Part shown: positions 9,839 through 19,545 of the stretch, piece by piece | Numbering within the stretch: position 1 is the first letter of the stretch | Layout: each line of letters begins with the position of its first letter | DNA from: a virus | Taxonomy: Duplodnaviria; Caudoviricetes | Virus record (IMG/VR): IMGVR_UViG_3300049484_000288 | Location: 1-45,138 of that record | Length of the DNA stretch: 45,138 nt | Reading direction: 5' to 3' (one strand) | Notes under the pieces: generated by a model | The model's database searches: none | What the model saw: only the letters and a program-made list of their open reading frames with translations | Told to the model about the DNA's origin: nothing | Position numbers and translations under genes: made by a program

Positions 9839-10056
9839 TGATGGAAGACGAGCGAAAAACTATCGGCGGCATCGAAGCTCGTGTCGACTATCATGACAAG
9901 ATGCTTGATGAGATTCGCGAAGACGTCAAGGCGATCAGGAAGACGCTAGACGAAGCGCGAGGCGGGGGCAGAGTAATGCTCTGGTTTGTAGGGCTGGTGA
10001 GTGGCGGGATTGGTGCCTTGATCGTCAAGGTCATCAACCTCTTCGGAACCAGGTAG
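9838..10056 (+). CDS. Small coiled-coil plus C-terminal TM protein (holin/lysis-associated candidate)
   Basis: Coiled-coil N-terminus then hydrophobic VMLWFVGLVSGGIGALIVKVINLF; end of late operon. Confidence 0.5.
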   Translation: MMEDERKTIGGIEARVDYHDKMLDEIREDVKAIRKTLDEARGGGRVMLWFVGLVSGGIGALIVKVINLFGTR

Positions 10057-10084
10057 GACCTTTGTCAACTGTAAAGGAGTAATC

Positions 10085-10267
10085 ATGAAACCAGGTTACA
10101 AAACGACGGAGTTCTGGGCAACCATTGTCATGGGACTGTTGGCTCAATTCCAACCCATCGCTGAAGCAGCTGGACCAAAGACGGTCGTGGCCACTCAAGC
10201 GGCAATTGCTGCGGCGTATGTGCTGAGCCGTGGCGTGGCGAAGATGAATCAGCCGCCCGCGCAGTAA
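10085..10267 (+). CDS. Putative holin-like membrane protein
   Basis: AAAGGAG RBS; KPGYKTTEFW N-terminus and two hydrophobic segments ending AAYVLSRGVAK. Confidence 0.55.
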   Translation: MKPGYKTTEFWATIVMGLLAQFQPIAEAAGPKTVVATQAAIAAAYVLSRGVAKMNQPPAQ

Positions 10268-10374
10268 TGCGATCTGGGCTGTTCTGGCTGGCCATCTTGG
10301 CGATCTTCTCCCTGGCGATGTACCAGCTCTTCGTATTCCTCTGGACACAGGCTTGGGGCATGGCTACTCAATAG
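10267..10374 (+). CDS. 35-aa single-TM microprotein MRSGLFWLAILAIFSLAMYQLFVFLWTQAWGMATQ (not in ORF track)
   Basis: ATG overlaps the TAA of the upstream gene (TAATG); hydrophobic; fills the gap to the convergent helicase stop. Confidence 0.5.
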   Translation: MRSGLFWLAILAIFSLAMYQLFVFLWTQAWGMATQ

Positions 10375-11819
10375 CCTACAAAGAAGTTCTGCCAAGCAAC
10401 GGAACCTCCGACGATCTTGTCGGCTAGGTTCCGTTTCTCTTTAAGGGCACGCAAAATACGTTCATCGATAGTCCGTCGACTGACAAGATCAACGTAGGTG
10501 ACACGGGCCGCTTGTTGGCCAATACGGTGTATTCGATCCTCACTTTGCGATCGATGCTCAAGATTGTAGCTGTTTGAATAGTATACACTGTTGGCGGAAG
10601 CGGTGAGTGTGAGGCTAAAGCGTCCTGTAGAAGGGTTTCCAACAAAGAAGCGACATGTGTCATCATTTTGGAAACGGTGGACTGCATCGCGTCGGTCATT
10701 GTCAGATGTGTCGCCAAAGTAGTCGACGACAGATCCATCTCCGAATTCTCGACCGATGGTTTCAACAAGCCCTCGGATATCTGGGACGTAAGTTGCCCAA
10801 ATAACTGTTTTGCCTCTGGTCTCATCCAACACCTCCATCAGTTGGTCTACACGATTGTTCTTTATCGGAATCACCTTTCCCGTGTCGTCGGTTAGGTGAC
10901 CACATACCAGCTGGTGTAACCGAACCAACCTTGTCAAGACCATCGGCGCCGTCACCACCGACTGAGCGTTGATCCAGGCTACGGAGTCTTCACAGAGTTG
11001 GTTGTAGTGCTTGATCTGTTCCTTAGTAAGCTCGACCTCACGGATCTGATAGACCTTCGGCGGCAGGTCGAGGCACTCATCCTTTGTTACGCGATAGGTG
11101 AACGTCTTCAGCTTTTCCCGGAGCTCGTCTTCGTTCTTGAAGCCGATGACCGTCTTGAACTCGTGCCCATTGTTTAGCTTGGTCATCTTCATCTCACAGT
11201 ACCGCGCCCTGAAGGCGAAGTAACTGGTGAAGCCTAGACAGTCGTAGCCAAGGAACGAGCACTGGCTGTACAGATCAAGGGGCGACTGAGGCATAGGATC
11301 GCCAGACAAGATCCGCCGATACCGACTGTACCTGGCGAGCTCCATGAGTTTCTTCGTACGTATCGCCTTGTAGTTCTTGATGCAGGTCGACTCGTCGACG
11401 ATGATCATCGTACGACCTGACTTGACAAAGCGAAGGGCCGAGGCATACCCACTGGAGTAGGCGATGGCCTCGATGTTCATCACGTAGATCTGCAAGTCGG
11501 GATGCGGTTTACGCGGTTCTCGACCCCACACGTGCAGGCTGTATTGAAGCCCTTCAGGCAGGTGCTTTGGCAGTTCGATATCGGGCCAGTTGTTGAAGGC
11601 ACCCTTGGGGGCGAAGATCATGACCCTGTTTACCTTGCCCGCTAGGTACAGGTGGACGACGTTGTCAATGGTTACCTTGGACTTGCCAGTTCCCATGTCC
11701 ATCAGGTAGCCGTACCTTGTACTATCGGCCCCCAGCTCCAATGCTTTCAACTGGTGCGCGTAAGGCACCATCTTGAATGAGTACTCGGGGGAATCAAGTA
11801 TAGGGTGACTATCAGCCAT
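10368..11819 (-). CDS. SNF2-family (SF2) DNA helicase/translocase
   Basis: MDMGTGKS (motif I), IVDES (II), LSGDP (III), QSEDRIHRIGQ (VI). Confidence 0.9.
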   Translation of the reverse strand: MADSHPILDSPEYSFKMVPYAHQLKALELGADSTRYGYLMDMGTGKSKVTIDNVVHLYLAGKVNRVMIFAPKGAFNNWPDIELPKHLPEGLQYSLHVWGREPRKPHPDLQIYVMNIEAIAYSSGYASALRFVKSGRTMIIVDESTCIKNYKAIRTKKLMELARYSRYRRILSGDPMPQSPLDLYSQCSFLGYDCLGFTSYFAFRARYCEMKMTKLNNGHEFKTVIGFKNEDELREKLKTFTYRVTKDECLDLPPKVYQIREVELTKEQIKHYNQLCEDSVAWINAQSVVTAPMVLTRLVRLHQLVCGHLTDDTGKVIPIKNNRVDQLMEVLDETRGKTVIWATYVPDIRGLVETIGREFGDGSVVDYFGDTSDNDRRDAVHRFQNDDTCRFFVGNPSTGRFSLTLTASANSVYYSNSYNLEHRSQSEDRIHRIGQQAARVTYVDLVSRRTIDERILRALKEKRNLADKIVGGSVAWQNFFVGY

Positions 11820-11843
11820 GTCTTTTTCCCGTAAACACCCGCA

Positions 11844-13271
11844 TTATAGGGAATGAGGAAATGAGAAGAAATTGTTACTCTGGGGCTCAATGATGAACAA
11901 GTTCTCCTTGGCCCTAGTCACTGCGACGTAGAAGACCCTTTGTTCAGCGTCGGGATCATCGAGCATACCGTTGTACGACCGGAAAGCCATATCAGAGTAG
12001 ACTACAACATTGTCAGCCTCGCCGCCCTTCGCACCGTGGATTGTAGAAATTTTGATGCGTGGGTGGAGGAGGGATTCACCACGACGACGCGCTGCCAGGA
12101 AGTACTCCCGCTCTTTGAACGGAAGTTTAGTGAGAGCTTCATGCCATATCCGGCTAGTATCTTGTAGACTCCCCCCGTAAGCGACAATGAGAGCCTGTTC
12201 ACTACTTGAGACCTCGTGACCGGCACGGAGTGACTCGTAGGCCTTGATGGCTTGTAGAGATTCGGCCTTAAGGTAGCTCTGCCTACCTTCGTAGGAGTAG
12301 CCTTCTTGGTAGCAGATGTCATGGGCTTCCTTCAGGAGGTAGGCATTTCTGGCAAGAATGAGCCAGTTTCCACGGTCAAGGTCAAGGTCACCGAGCGACG
12401 ATCGATATTGAACATCACCGTCACTGTCTCGTGGTGTGAATTGTTTATCCTGTCGGAATCGGATTTCTCCACTGAGATGTACGGCAAGCTTATGGACCTT
12501 CTTTGGAAGCCGGTAAGAATGCCCAAGGACTGTAGTTTCTCCAGGTAAGCCAAGAAAGAGTTCTGAAGCTGCGCCAGCCCAATTGAAGATAGCCTGGTCG
12601 TCGTCCCCGGCACAGTATACCACTTGTCTGACATTTTGCATGATCCTTTCAATGACCAACCACTGAAGTCTGCTCAGGTCCTGGGCTTCATCAACAAACA
12701 GTACCTCTAGATCTGGCAGGTCGAAGTTGCCAAAGGCAACGTGCCGCAACATATCGTTGAAGTCGTCGATGGCATGCGTCTGCTTGTAGTTGCTGAGCGT
12801 CTTGTGGAAGAGCTCCAGCTCACCCCAGCTACAGTCGATACCACCCTTGTCGAACTCCAGCTGAAGGGGCGAGTTTCGAGCAGCGGCGAGACCTTCAAAG
12901 AAGATCAACCTATCGCCGAGGTACTCAGCAGTAAGGTCACCCTCCGACATATCGACGAAACCGGAGTAGTCGACGTTGATTGACTCGCACACCTCACGGT
13001 AGTGCTTCTTCTGCATGATGTCGCCACGCTCATAGCCCACTACCTTGTAGCAGAAAGCGTGGATCGTCTTGAACCAAACAAGGTCGGTCGGGTTCACACC
13101 CTTGATTCGCGAAGCGCGTTCCTTAGCTTCAGTAGCCGCCTTGACGGTGAAGGCAAGGTAACCAATCTTGGACGGCGGTACCCCTGCCTCGAGGTAGCTA
13201 GCGAGCATCTCGAGCAGGGTCGCTGTTTTCCCGGTCCCTGGAGGACCGAAGATCTTTTCAATACGGGGCAT
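11844..13271 (-). CDS. UvrD/Rep-like superfamily I helicase
   Basis: GPPGTGKT, VDEAQD, AGDDDQAIFNWAGA, SYRLP, STIHGAKGGEAD, RVFYVAVTRAK. Confidence 0.9.
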   Translation of the reverse strand: MPRIEKIFGPPGTGKTATLLEMLASYLEAGVPPSKIGYLAFTVKAATEAKERASRIKGVNPTDLVWFKTIHAFCYKVVGYERGDIMQKKHYREVCESINVDYSGFVDMSEGDLTAEYLGDRLIFFEGLAAARNSPLQLEFDKGGIDCSWGELELFHKTLSNYKQTHAIDDFNDMLRHVAFGNFDLPDLEVLFVDEAQDLSRLQWLVIERIMQNVRQVVYCAGDDDQAIFNWAGAASELFLGLPGETTVLGHSYRLPKKVHKLAVHLSGEIRFRQDKQFTPRDSDGDVQYRSSLGDLDLDRGNWLILARNAYLLKEAHDICYQEGYSYEGRQSYLKAESLQAIKAYESLRAGHEVSSSEQALIVAYGGSLQDTSRIWHEALTKLPFKEREYFLAARRRGESLLHPRIKISTIHGAKGGEADNVVVYSDMAFRSYNGMLDDPDAEQRVFYVAVTRAKENLFIIEPQSNNFFSFPHSL

Positions 13272-14802
13272 CTTTAACCTCCGGTGGCGTAAAGGTATCT
13301 GCGGGTTTATCCAGATCCTCTATCTTGTAGACGTTGATGTTCTTGTCGGGGCTGCCCGATACCTTGACCCTAAGGTGGGTGTGTTCGGCCTTGTACTGGG
13401 TGCGAAGGATGGAAGCAATCTCGTTCGGCTTTACTTCTTTGAACTCAGCGCGCTTCAGGTACTCCATCAGATCCTTCATCCTGAAGAAGAAGACGTTACC
13501 TTCCTGGATGACCTTGCCACGAGCTAGATCTTCACGCTTGGCCGAGGGCCGAAGGAAAACGAACTGACGGAAGTACTCACCGAACATTCCCTCAGGCGAC
13601 GCTTCTGGCGGGGGCTCGATGACGGTGGCTTCAGCTAGCAGGTTCTGTACTAGAAGCTGCCAGGCCTTACTGTTCATCGGCGGAGGCATCTTGTTCAGGA
13701 ATTCCATGCAGGCTCGCTGGAACTTAAGTTGCGACTGCAGCGACTCCGTGTCTAACTTAAGCTTCCGACCGTCATCCAATGTGATGAACCATATCGGTGG
13801 TACGGTGTTGAACTTAACCGCTGAGCTCATCACCGGCATGTCCGTGTGGTCACCTACGCCATACTGACGGGTGCGACAAAGGACCGCGTTACAATGGATT
13901 ACGAGTGGTGGCTGGGAGCAGTTGTAGGCGTACTCCTTCTTCAGCACCGACTTCTCCACCTCGCGTACTTCTCCTGCAGCAAGCGGTGGTTGGAAGTACT
14001 TAGTGTTGTACTCCTCCAGGTGGCTTACCCCGAACATCGACCCGTGCTTCTTACGGGCGTAGACGCCTAGGCCAAAGAGCCCATTGTTACGCGTACCCTG
14101 CGGGAAGCCTGTCGTGACCAGGTGCTGCAGACAAGGTGGGCCATCGCTTAGTTCAGCGCTTGGCTTGACGGCACGAGCTGTTCTAAGCTCGTCACGTGAA
14201 ACTCTCTTGAGTGCGCAAATTTGAAGGAAACTCTTGGCGCTGAGAGGCTCTCCTTCGGCTGTAAAGGCCGTTCGATTTCCAGAAAGATCCCCAAAGTAGG
14301 GCATATTGATCCATGAGCCAATGTCTCCTCGCTCAGGAAGTACTTCAGACTGCTTAGGGAATATTTCAGCCCTTCCATAACCAAGGGCAGCAGCGTACTC
14401 TTGAAGCTTGGTTCTAACCAGGCCTGCAGGACAGGGTTCTGAACAGAAAAGCCATGCATGGACACCACCGCTCTTACTTGTAGTAAGAACGAGGGGGAGT
14501 CCTGGCAATGCTTCAACCCCACGGTATAGAGCTCTTCGATCAACTGTATAGTCATCAATGTCAATGGCACCAAAGTAGACTGTTGAATCGCTTCTAATGG
14601 GGACGATGCCGAGTGAGCGCTTTCCATTTAGGTGGTCTTTCCAAGTATCTACCGTCAGCTTCTTGTGGTTAAGGGTAACCTTACCAGTTTGCTTACCGTC
14701 ACGTTCTCGGGTATCCGTGATCTCAAACGTGCCGTAAGCGTCTTCAAACCCTGAGAACAGGGTCATAAACTGCTCTGCGAGCTCGCTTATATTTTCAGGC
14801 AC
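13258..14802 (-). CDS. Archaeo-eukaryotic-type primase (PrimPol) with PriCT-like C-terminal region
   Basis: FGAIDID, SKSGGVHAW, EIFPKQ, GSWINMPYFG, GPPCL..GTRNNGLF. Confidence 0.8.
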   Translation of the reverse strand: MPENISELAEQFMTLFSGFEDAYGTFEITDTRERDGKQTGKVTLNHKKLTVDTWKDHLNGKRSLGIVPIRSDSTVYFGAIDIDDYTVDRRALYRGVEALPGLPLVLTTSKSGGVHAWLFCSEPCPAGLVRTKLQEYAAALGYGRAEIFPKQSEVLPERGDIGSWINMPYFGDLSGNRTAFTAEGEPLSAKSFLQICALKRVSRDELRTARAVKPSAELSDGPPCLQHLVTTGFPQGTRNNGLFGLGVYARKKHGSMFGVSHLEEYNTKYFQPPLAAGEVREVEKSVLKKEYAYNCSQPPLVIHCNAVLCRTRQYGVGDHTDMPVMSSAVKFNTVPPIWFITLDDGRKLKLDTESLQSQLKFQRACMEFLNKMPPPMNSKAWQLLVQNLLAEATVIEPPPEASPEGMFGEYFRQFVFLRPSAKREDLARGKVIQEGNVFFFRMKDLMEYLKRAEFKEVKPNEIASILRTQYKAEHTHLRVKVSGSPDKNINVYKIEDLDKPADTFTPPEVKDAPY

Positions 14803-14820
14803 GACGTATCCTCAAGGTAG

Positions 14821-14842
14821 AAACGGGGCCGAAGCCCCGTTT
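14821..14842 (-). terminator. Stem-loop with C(UUCG)G tetraloop after the SSB-like gene
   Basis: Minus strand AAACGGGGC-TTCG-GCCCCGTTT, 9-bp perfect stem, intergenic; U-tract short. Confidence 0.65.
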
Positions 14843-14858
14843 GGTTGAGCCAGCTGAA

Positions 14859-15668
14859 TTAGAACGGCTCTGCACCGCCAACGCCTTCACCCGGATCGAT
14901 ATCAGTATCGAGTTCTGGGGTGGAGACCTTGACCATACCCTTGACAACGTCAACAGCAAACTTCTTGGCCGCAAGGTAGAGCTGCATGTTGCTCACCTTC
15001 TCGTAGGCCAGAATGTCCCAACCGAACCAGTTGTAGTTCTTCTTCGACTCGGGCAACGTGCAAAGCCGATACACGTTGGCGAACATCGGAGGATTGAACA
15101 AACCGTTCGGCCCCGACCACTCGATGGCAGCCATCTGACTGTTCCAACGGCGCACCTTCTTCATCTGCGTCCGAGCAAATGAGACGACCACCGGCTGGTG
15201 GCGCTGCTGCTCTTTGTCAGTGATCAGGCAGTACATATACCCGGTCGGAATGATCAGGTTGCCGTTTGCGAGAACGTCGAACCCCCGCTCGTCACGGTGC
15301 GTCTGTCCGAGGATCTCGTCTCCCGCATGGCTGGCCACGAAACCGCCGCCAGAATCACGGGGCATCCACTCCACATTAGCCCTTTGGTACGCGCAGGGCA
15401 CCACCAACACACCGTCACGGCTGTCGAAGATCTCCATCGACACGGTGTTGAACAGGTCGCCTTCTTCCGCCCCGTCAACACGCTTGGGGTTCGACTTCAT
15501 GACCTGCGGCGACAACGCCTGGAGGATGGTCAGGTACGGCAAAGCCAAGTCTTGCACACCAAGGCTTTCACGGCCGATCCCGGAGTCCTGTGCCATCATG
15601 GCGGGATCGAAGACGACAATAGACTTATCCTCAGCCACTGCGATTTCCTGCTTCTTGCTTGCTGCCAT
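14859..15668 (-). CDS. Probable single-stranded DNA-binding protein
   Basis: Replication cluster; DLALPYLTILQALSPQV..GAEEGD family motif; acidic C-terminal tail ending ..EPF. Confidence 0.55.
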   Translation of the reverse strand: MAASKKQEIAVAEDKSIVVFDPAMMAQDSGIGRESLGVQDLALPYLTILQALSPQVMKSNPKRVDGAEEGDLFNTVSMEIFDSRDGVLVVPCAYQRANVEWMPRDSGGGFVASHAGDEILGQTHRDERGFDVLANGNLIIPTGYMYCLITDKEQQRHQPVVVSFARTQMKKVRRWNSQMAAIEWSGPNGLFNPPMFANVYRLCTLPESKKNYNWFGWDILAYEKVSNMQLYLAAKKFAVDVVKGMVKVSTPELDTDIDPGEGVGGAEPF

Positions 15669-15670
15669 GA

Positions 15671-16231
15671 TTAGCCTTTCGGAGGTATGAGTTTGGCACG
15701 ATTGCCGATGTACACCGAGAAAAGATCCATGGGCAATTCCTGGCCCTTTTCGATCTCACCCTTGACAAAGGCTTTCAAGGTTTGTGCGTGCACAGACTCC
15801 TTCTGCGTGTACACGATGTTCGCGCCTTCCAGCAACTCTGCCACCTTCTTTGCTTTCTCATCGTCACCACGGCCGAACGAAGTAATGATCTCGTTCTTAA
15901 TGATGTCGTCGTGCTTGTGCTCTCGCAGCCAGGCAAAAGCTGCCTCCTTCTTCTCCGCTCCAATTGAGGCTGAGTAGTACTGGTCGATCTTCACTTCCCA
16001 CCCATCGCTCAACTTGAGTTGCTTCACGCCGAGTTCGGTCATCTTTTCGGGGATGGCGACCTCTTGGATTTGGCGGGCCGCTTGTGAGATGTTCAACAAG
16101 ATAGCTTCCGCCGTTGCCTGCATCTTCTCCAACTCTCTGAACTTCTTCGTCAACGCAGCGAGGTCCTTGACCCCAGCATCGTTGATGACCAAGTTGGCAT
16201 CAGCTGCCAATAGCTCTAGATCAATGGTCAT
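15671..16231 (-). CDS. Conserved replication-module phage protein of unknown function
   Basis: EAAFAWLREH.HDDIIKN and VHAQTLKAFVK motifs; tight coupling to neighbours. Confidence 0.6.
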   Translation of the reverse strand: MTIDLELLAADANLVINDAGVKDLAALTKKFRELEKMQATAEAILLNISQAARQIQEVAIPEKMTELGVKQLKLSDGWEVKIDQYYSASIGAEKKEAAFAWLREHKHDDIIKNEIITSFGRGDDEKAKKVAELLEGANIVYTQKESVHAQTLKAFVKGEIEKGQELPMDLFSVYIGNRAKLIPPKG

Positions 16232-16542
16232 TGCTGTTCACTCCAGTGCAACTTGATAGGCGTATACGAAGCCGTCATACGGTCCCATCGAAGTATCGTG
16301 AATAGGTCCTGTGTACGCGCTAGGTACGCGGCACAGAACGACATTGCTGCTGGATCCCCTGCCAAGAGGAGATAGTCGCCCTCCTTGTAGTGTTTGAGAC
16401 TCTGCTTGATCTTGCGAAGGGTAGCGTTCATGTCAACTGACATGTTGCCGGGAGGAAGTACATAGACGATGTCGCCCCACTTGCTAGCCGCGTTGGCGAT
16501 ATTGAACTTTGGTACGTCCTGAACGATGAAAACTTTAGGCAT
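16228..16542 (-). CDS. Hypothetical protein
   Basis: ATGA coupling; DYLLLAGDP motif. Confidence 0.6.
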   Translation of the reverse strand: MPKVFIVQDVPKFNIANAASKWGDIVYVLPPGNMSVDMNATLRKIKQSLKHYKEGDYLLLAGDPAAMSFCAAYLARTQDLFTILRWDRMTASYTPIKLHWSEQQ

Positions 16543-16551
16543 GGTGGCCTA

Positions 16552-16929
16552 TTATACCTCAGCTGGGGCTACCAGAAACTGCAAAATTGCCTTATAATTC
16601 AAGGGCATAGTGTAGCTCTTCAGCATCACACACTTGCCAAGCTCCGCGCTGTACTGGTGTAGGTAGACGATGTCGTAGTGCCTTGTCATGACGTAGGCTA
16701 GGCCGCCGTTCATGTATCGCCGAGTGTGCCAAGCTTTCTGTGCTGGCCGCAGATTGGGTTGCCCGAGACGATCCAACCCTATTTTCGTTTCGACCCAGAC
16801 TTCAGCACCATCGAAACAAAGGTTAATATCTGGGCAACCAGTACCAGCAACATTCTCAACCCTTTGTAGGTGACAAAGCTTTGACCACGCGGTTTTCAGT
16901 AAGTCCTGCAAATGCTCGCGTTCCAACAC
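16552..16929 (-). CDS. VRR-NUC / Holliday-junction-resolvase-like PD-(D/E)XK nuclease
   Basis: RVEN..GCPD..WVETK..LRPAQKAW. Confidence 0.75.
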   Translation of the reverse strand: MLEREHLQDLLKTAWSKLCHLQRVENVAGTGCPDINLCFDGAEVWVETKIGLDRLGQPNLRPAQKAWHTRRYMNGGLAYVMTRHYDIVYLHQYSAELGKCVMLKSYTMPLNYKAILQFLVAPAEV

Positions 16930-17260
16930 GATGAATCCCTTCGTTGAGTCGACTCCAGGAAGCTACCCAAATGCTTTCGCACAGGTTCAAGTAACGCCTT
17001 TCAGCCACCGTCACCCTCGGTAGAGCGTCCTTGAAGTTAGGGTAGTCGATGTCTTCAGCAAGATCCTTAAGGAAATCGTTGAAGTCCTTCTGCGTGATGT
17101 ATAGTCGGTAACTGTAGTCGCTGGAAGGGCTATAGAAGATGCCGTCTTCCAAAGGAAACAGATTCTGCAGGTGGGCTTGCTCACGAGCTCTTACCACCAA
17201 GTGGGAGGTGAGGGTACTGCGCACCACTGAGATGAAGCCGTACTTAGTATAGATCCACAT
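16856..17260 (-). CDS. Hypothetical conserved phage protein
   Basis: MWIYTKYGFISVV..VRAR..DYSYR..IDYPNFK; overlaps the polymerase stop. Confidence 0.6.
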   Translation of the reverse strand: MWIYTKYGFISVVRSTLTSHLVVRAREQAHLQNLFPLEDGIFYSPSSDYSYRLYITQKDFNDFLKDLAEDIDYPNFKDALPRVTVAERRYLNLCESIWVASWSRLNEGIHRVGTRAFAGLTENRVVKALSPTKG

Positions 17261-19106
17261 TTACTTCTTCCGTTTCTCCCCACGAGGGGCCGAGTTCAAC
17301 GTCAACCATCATTGGGACGCTGATACCGAGATCACGGCCAGTCTGCACCATGATATCGCGAATCTCTTTAGCTTGCCGATCAGTCTCGATCGGGTTGTCT
17401 ACTTCGTCGTGTACCTGAACAAAGGGCGTGTAACCCGCGTCGTCGAGGTTCAGCATGGCCTGCTTAGTCATGTCGGCCGACGATCCTTGAACCAATCGAT
17501 TGATGCCGATGTGAGCCTTGTCAGGAGGTAGGTGGCAGTGCCTACCGCCGGCGGTGATCACGTACCCACGGCGCTTCACAACCCTTGTACAGTCTTCCAT
17601 CAGAAGCTTGATGAAGGGCATGCCTGTGTGGTACGCTTGAAGGAGTTCCTCTCCCTTCTCACCGGCTACTTCGATGATGACTTCGGGCTTACGCCAGTGC
17701 GGGATGAACTTTGTCGGTAGCCCGAGTTTACGACAAAGTTTCGCTCCGCCCATTGTGTAGGTAAGACCAAGGTTGATCGTCTTAGCGTCTTTACGCTTAA
17801 TGTCGACCCCCGACTTAAGCAGGATGAGAGCTCGGGTAAGATCGTGATAATCTGTTGCTGGATCGTCGATATATCGTTGGCGAGCCTCAGCAGCTCCGAT
17901 AAATCCTCGGAGTGCAGCATAATGGATGGTGATTCTTGGTTCCTGCTGGCTGTAATCGAAAGTGCCCCATCGAGTCCCTGCTGGTGGAACAAATATCCGT
18001 CTAATAACTCGAGCCAGTTCCTCGTTTCTTGCAGGGATCTGCTGCACGTTTGGATTTGATGCCGCAAGACGGCCAGATCGCGTTCCGCCTTTCTCAGAGC
18101 GAGTCTGCTTAAGCTCGGGATAGATTCGCCCATTATAACAGACATCGATGATCTTCTTACGAATAAAGACATTACCTGCGCGGTCCAACTGTCGAGCGCG
18201 TATAATACTCGATGGAAGATCATGGTCTTGGTCACCTAACCAGTCGGCTGTGAATGAGGGATTATCCTTCGCTGTCTTCGGGTAAGGTAGCCCGAGCTGG
18301 ACAAAGGCCTTTTCGATGCTCTGTCCTGACCAGATGTCTACGTCGAAGCCTGCCACATGGCGGAGCTTGGCCAGCGCTTCTTGCTTCAGCTTCTCAAGGT
18401 CGACAAGGGACTTCTCGGCCCGATCGAGATCCACCGGAATCCCTTGGAACCGCATCTTCAGTAGGAGGCGAGTTATCCGCACCTCCAACGCCAAAACCTT
18501 GTTCAGGCCCGCCTTATCGATTATCCCATTCTGAGCCAGAAAGACTTCGAGTGTTCCCACGGCATCCTGGATCGCATACGGACCGACATAACGGGCGGGG
18601 TAGCGCCACAGGTTCTGTTTGACTTGTTTCTCGGTGCGGTGTCCCAGGGTAGCGGCGTAAGCGAAGAGAAGCTCGTGGGCCTTCCCTGTACTGGTGTACT
18701 TAGAGAAGAGAGTATCAGCATCGTAAGTATACTGGTTCTCATCGATCAGAGCTTCCCGTACTTGAATGTCTTGTAGGTCTCCGCCAAGATGGACGTCGTA
18801 ACACTGCAACCACTCCGCGTCGTAAAGAATCTTAGCTCCAAGCTTCGGTTGACTACCTTGTAGCTCTGTCCGGAGGTATCGTAGGACAAGGTCTGCCGGT
18901 AGATTGTCACCGCCCTCGTGGTTAATTGGAAGGTAAGTACTCCATCCAGGGACAGCAAGCGAGATGCCAACCAGGCGGCCAACTCCGCGGACGCCCCCTG
19001 GTCCCTTAGTATCAAGCTCAGGGTCGTAGGTTTCAACATCGACCGCAATGTAAGGGGCTGAAGCAAGCGACGGGAATTCATACTTAGGCCTCCAAGGTGA
19101 GTCCAA
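17244..19106 (-). CDS. polA: Family A DNA polymerase with 3'-5' exonuclease domain
   Basis: AVDVET (ExoI), YAIQD (ExoIII), SGRLAASNPNVQQIP, DYSQQEPR (A), RKDAKTINLGLTY (B), VHDEV (C). Confidence 0.93.
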   Translation of the reverse strand: MDSPWRPKYEFPSLASAPYIAVDVETYDPELDTKGPGGVRGVGRLVGISLAVPGWSTYLPINHEGGDNLPADLVLRYLRTELQGSQPKLGAKILYDAEWLQCYDVHLGGDLQDIQVREALIDENQYTYDADTLFSKYTSTGKAHELLFAYAATLGHRTEKQVKQNLWRYPARYVGPYAIQDAVGTLEVFLAQNGIIDKAGLNKVLALEVRITRLLLKMRFQGIPVDLDRAEKSLVDLEKLKQEALAKLRHVAGFDVDIWSGQSIEKAFVQLGLPYPKTAKDNPSFTADWLGDQDHDLPSSIIRARQLDRAGNVFIRKKIIDVCYNGRIYPELKQTRSEKGGTRSGRLAASNPNVQQIPARNEELARVIRRIFVPPAGTRWGTFDYSQQEPRITIHYAALRGFIGAAEARQRYIDDPATDYHDLTRALILLKSGVDIKRKDAKTINLGLTYTMGGAKLCRKLGLPTKFIPHWRKPEVIIEVAGEKGEELLQAYHTGMPFIKLLMEDCTRVVKRRGYVITAGGRHCHLPPDKAHIGINRLVQGSSADMTKQAMLNLDDAGYTPFVQVHDEVDNPIETDRQAKEIRDIMVQTGRDLGISVPMMVDVELGPSWGETEEVNVDLY

Positions 19107-19545
19107 GCTCGGCCTCCCCGTAGATATAGAATTTGCGCTTTGCCTTCTCCCACAGGGCTGTAGCCTTTGTATCGTACGGCAAACCCAGGAAGTGAATCTC
19201 TTGGCACGACGTGTTGAGCAGCATCTTCATGCAATGCATGCAAGGGGATGTGGTAACAAAGATTGCCTGGATGGCTTGCGTATCTGGACACTGCATCAAG
19301 GCATTCTGCTCAGCATGGATCGCCTCGCATACCTCCAGACCTGAACCAGAAGGATGTCGAGCTCCAGCGCAAGGATGGTCCAGGCAATGAGGAAGGCCAG
19401 CTGCAACGCCATTATATCCAGTAGCCAGCACATGGCCCAAGGCGTCCGTAAGTACAGCGCCCACACCACGACGGACACAAGTAGAACGCTGCGCCAGTAC
19501 ATATGCGATCCTCAGGAAGGTGATTTGCTTAGAGACGCGTGCCAT
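19084..19545 (-). CDS. dCMP deaminase (probable start ATG 19545)
   Basis: RSTC.RR.VGAV, TGYNG, HAEQNA, SPCMHC zinc motifs; AAAGGA RBS before 19545. Confidence 0.9.
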   Translation of the reverse strand: MARVSKQITFLRIAYVLAQRSTCVRRGVGAVLTDALGHVLATGYNGVAAGLPHCLDHPCAGARHPSGSGLEVCEAIHAEQNALMQCPDTQAIQAIFVTTSPCMHCMKMLLNTSCQEIHFLGLPYDTKATALWEKAKRKFYIYGEAELGLTLEA

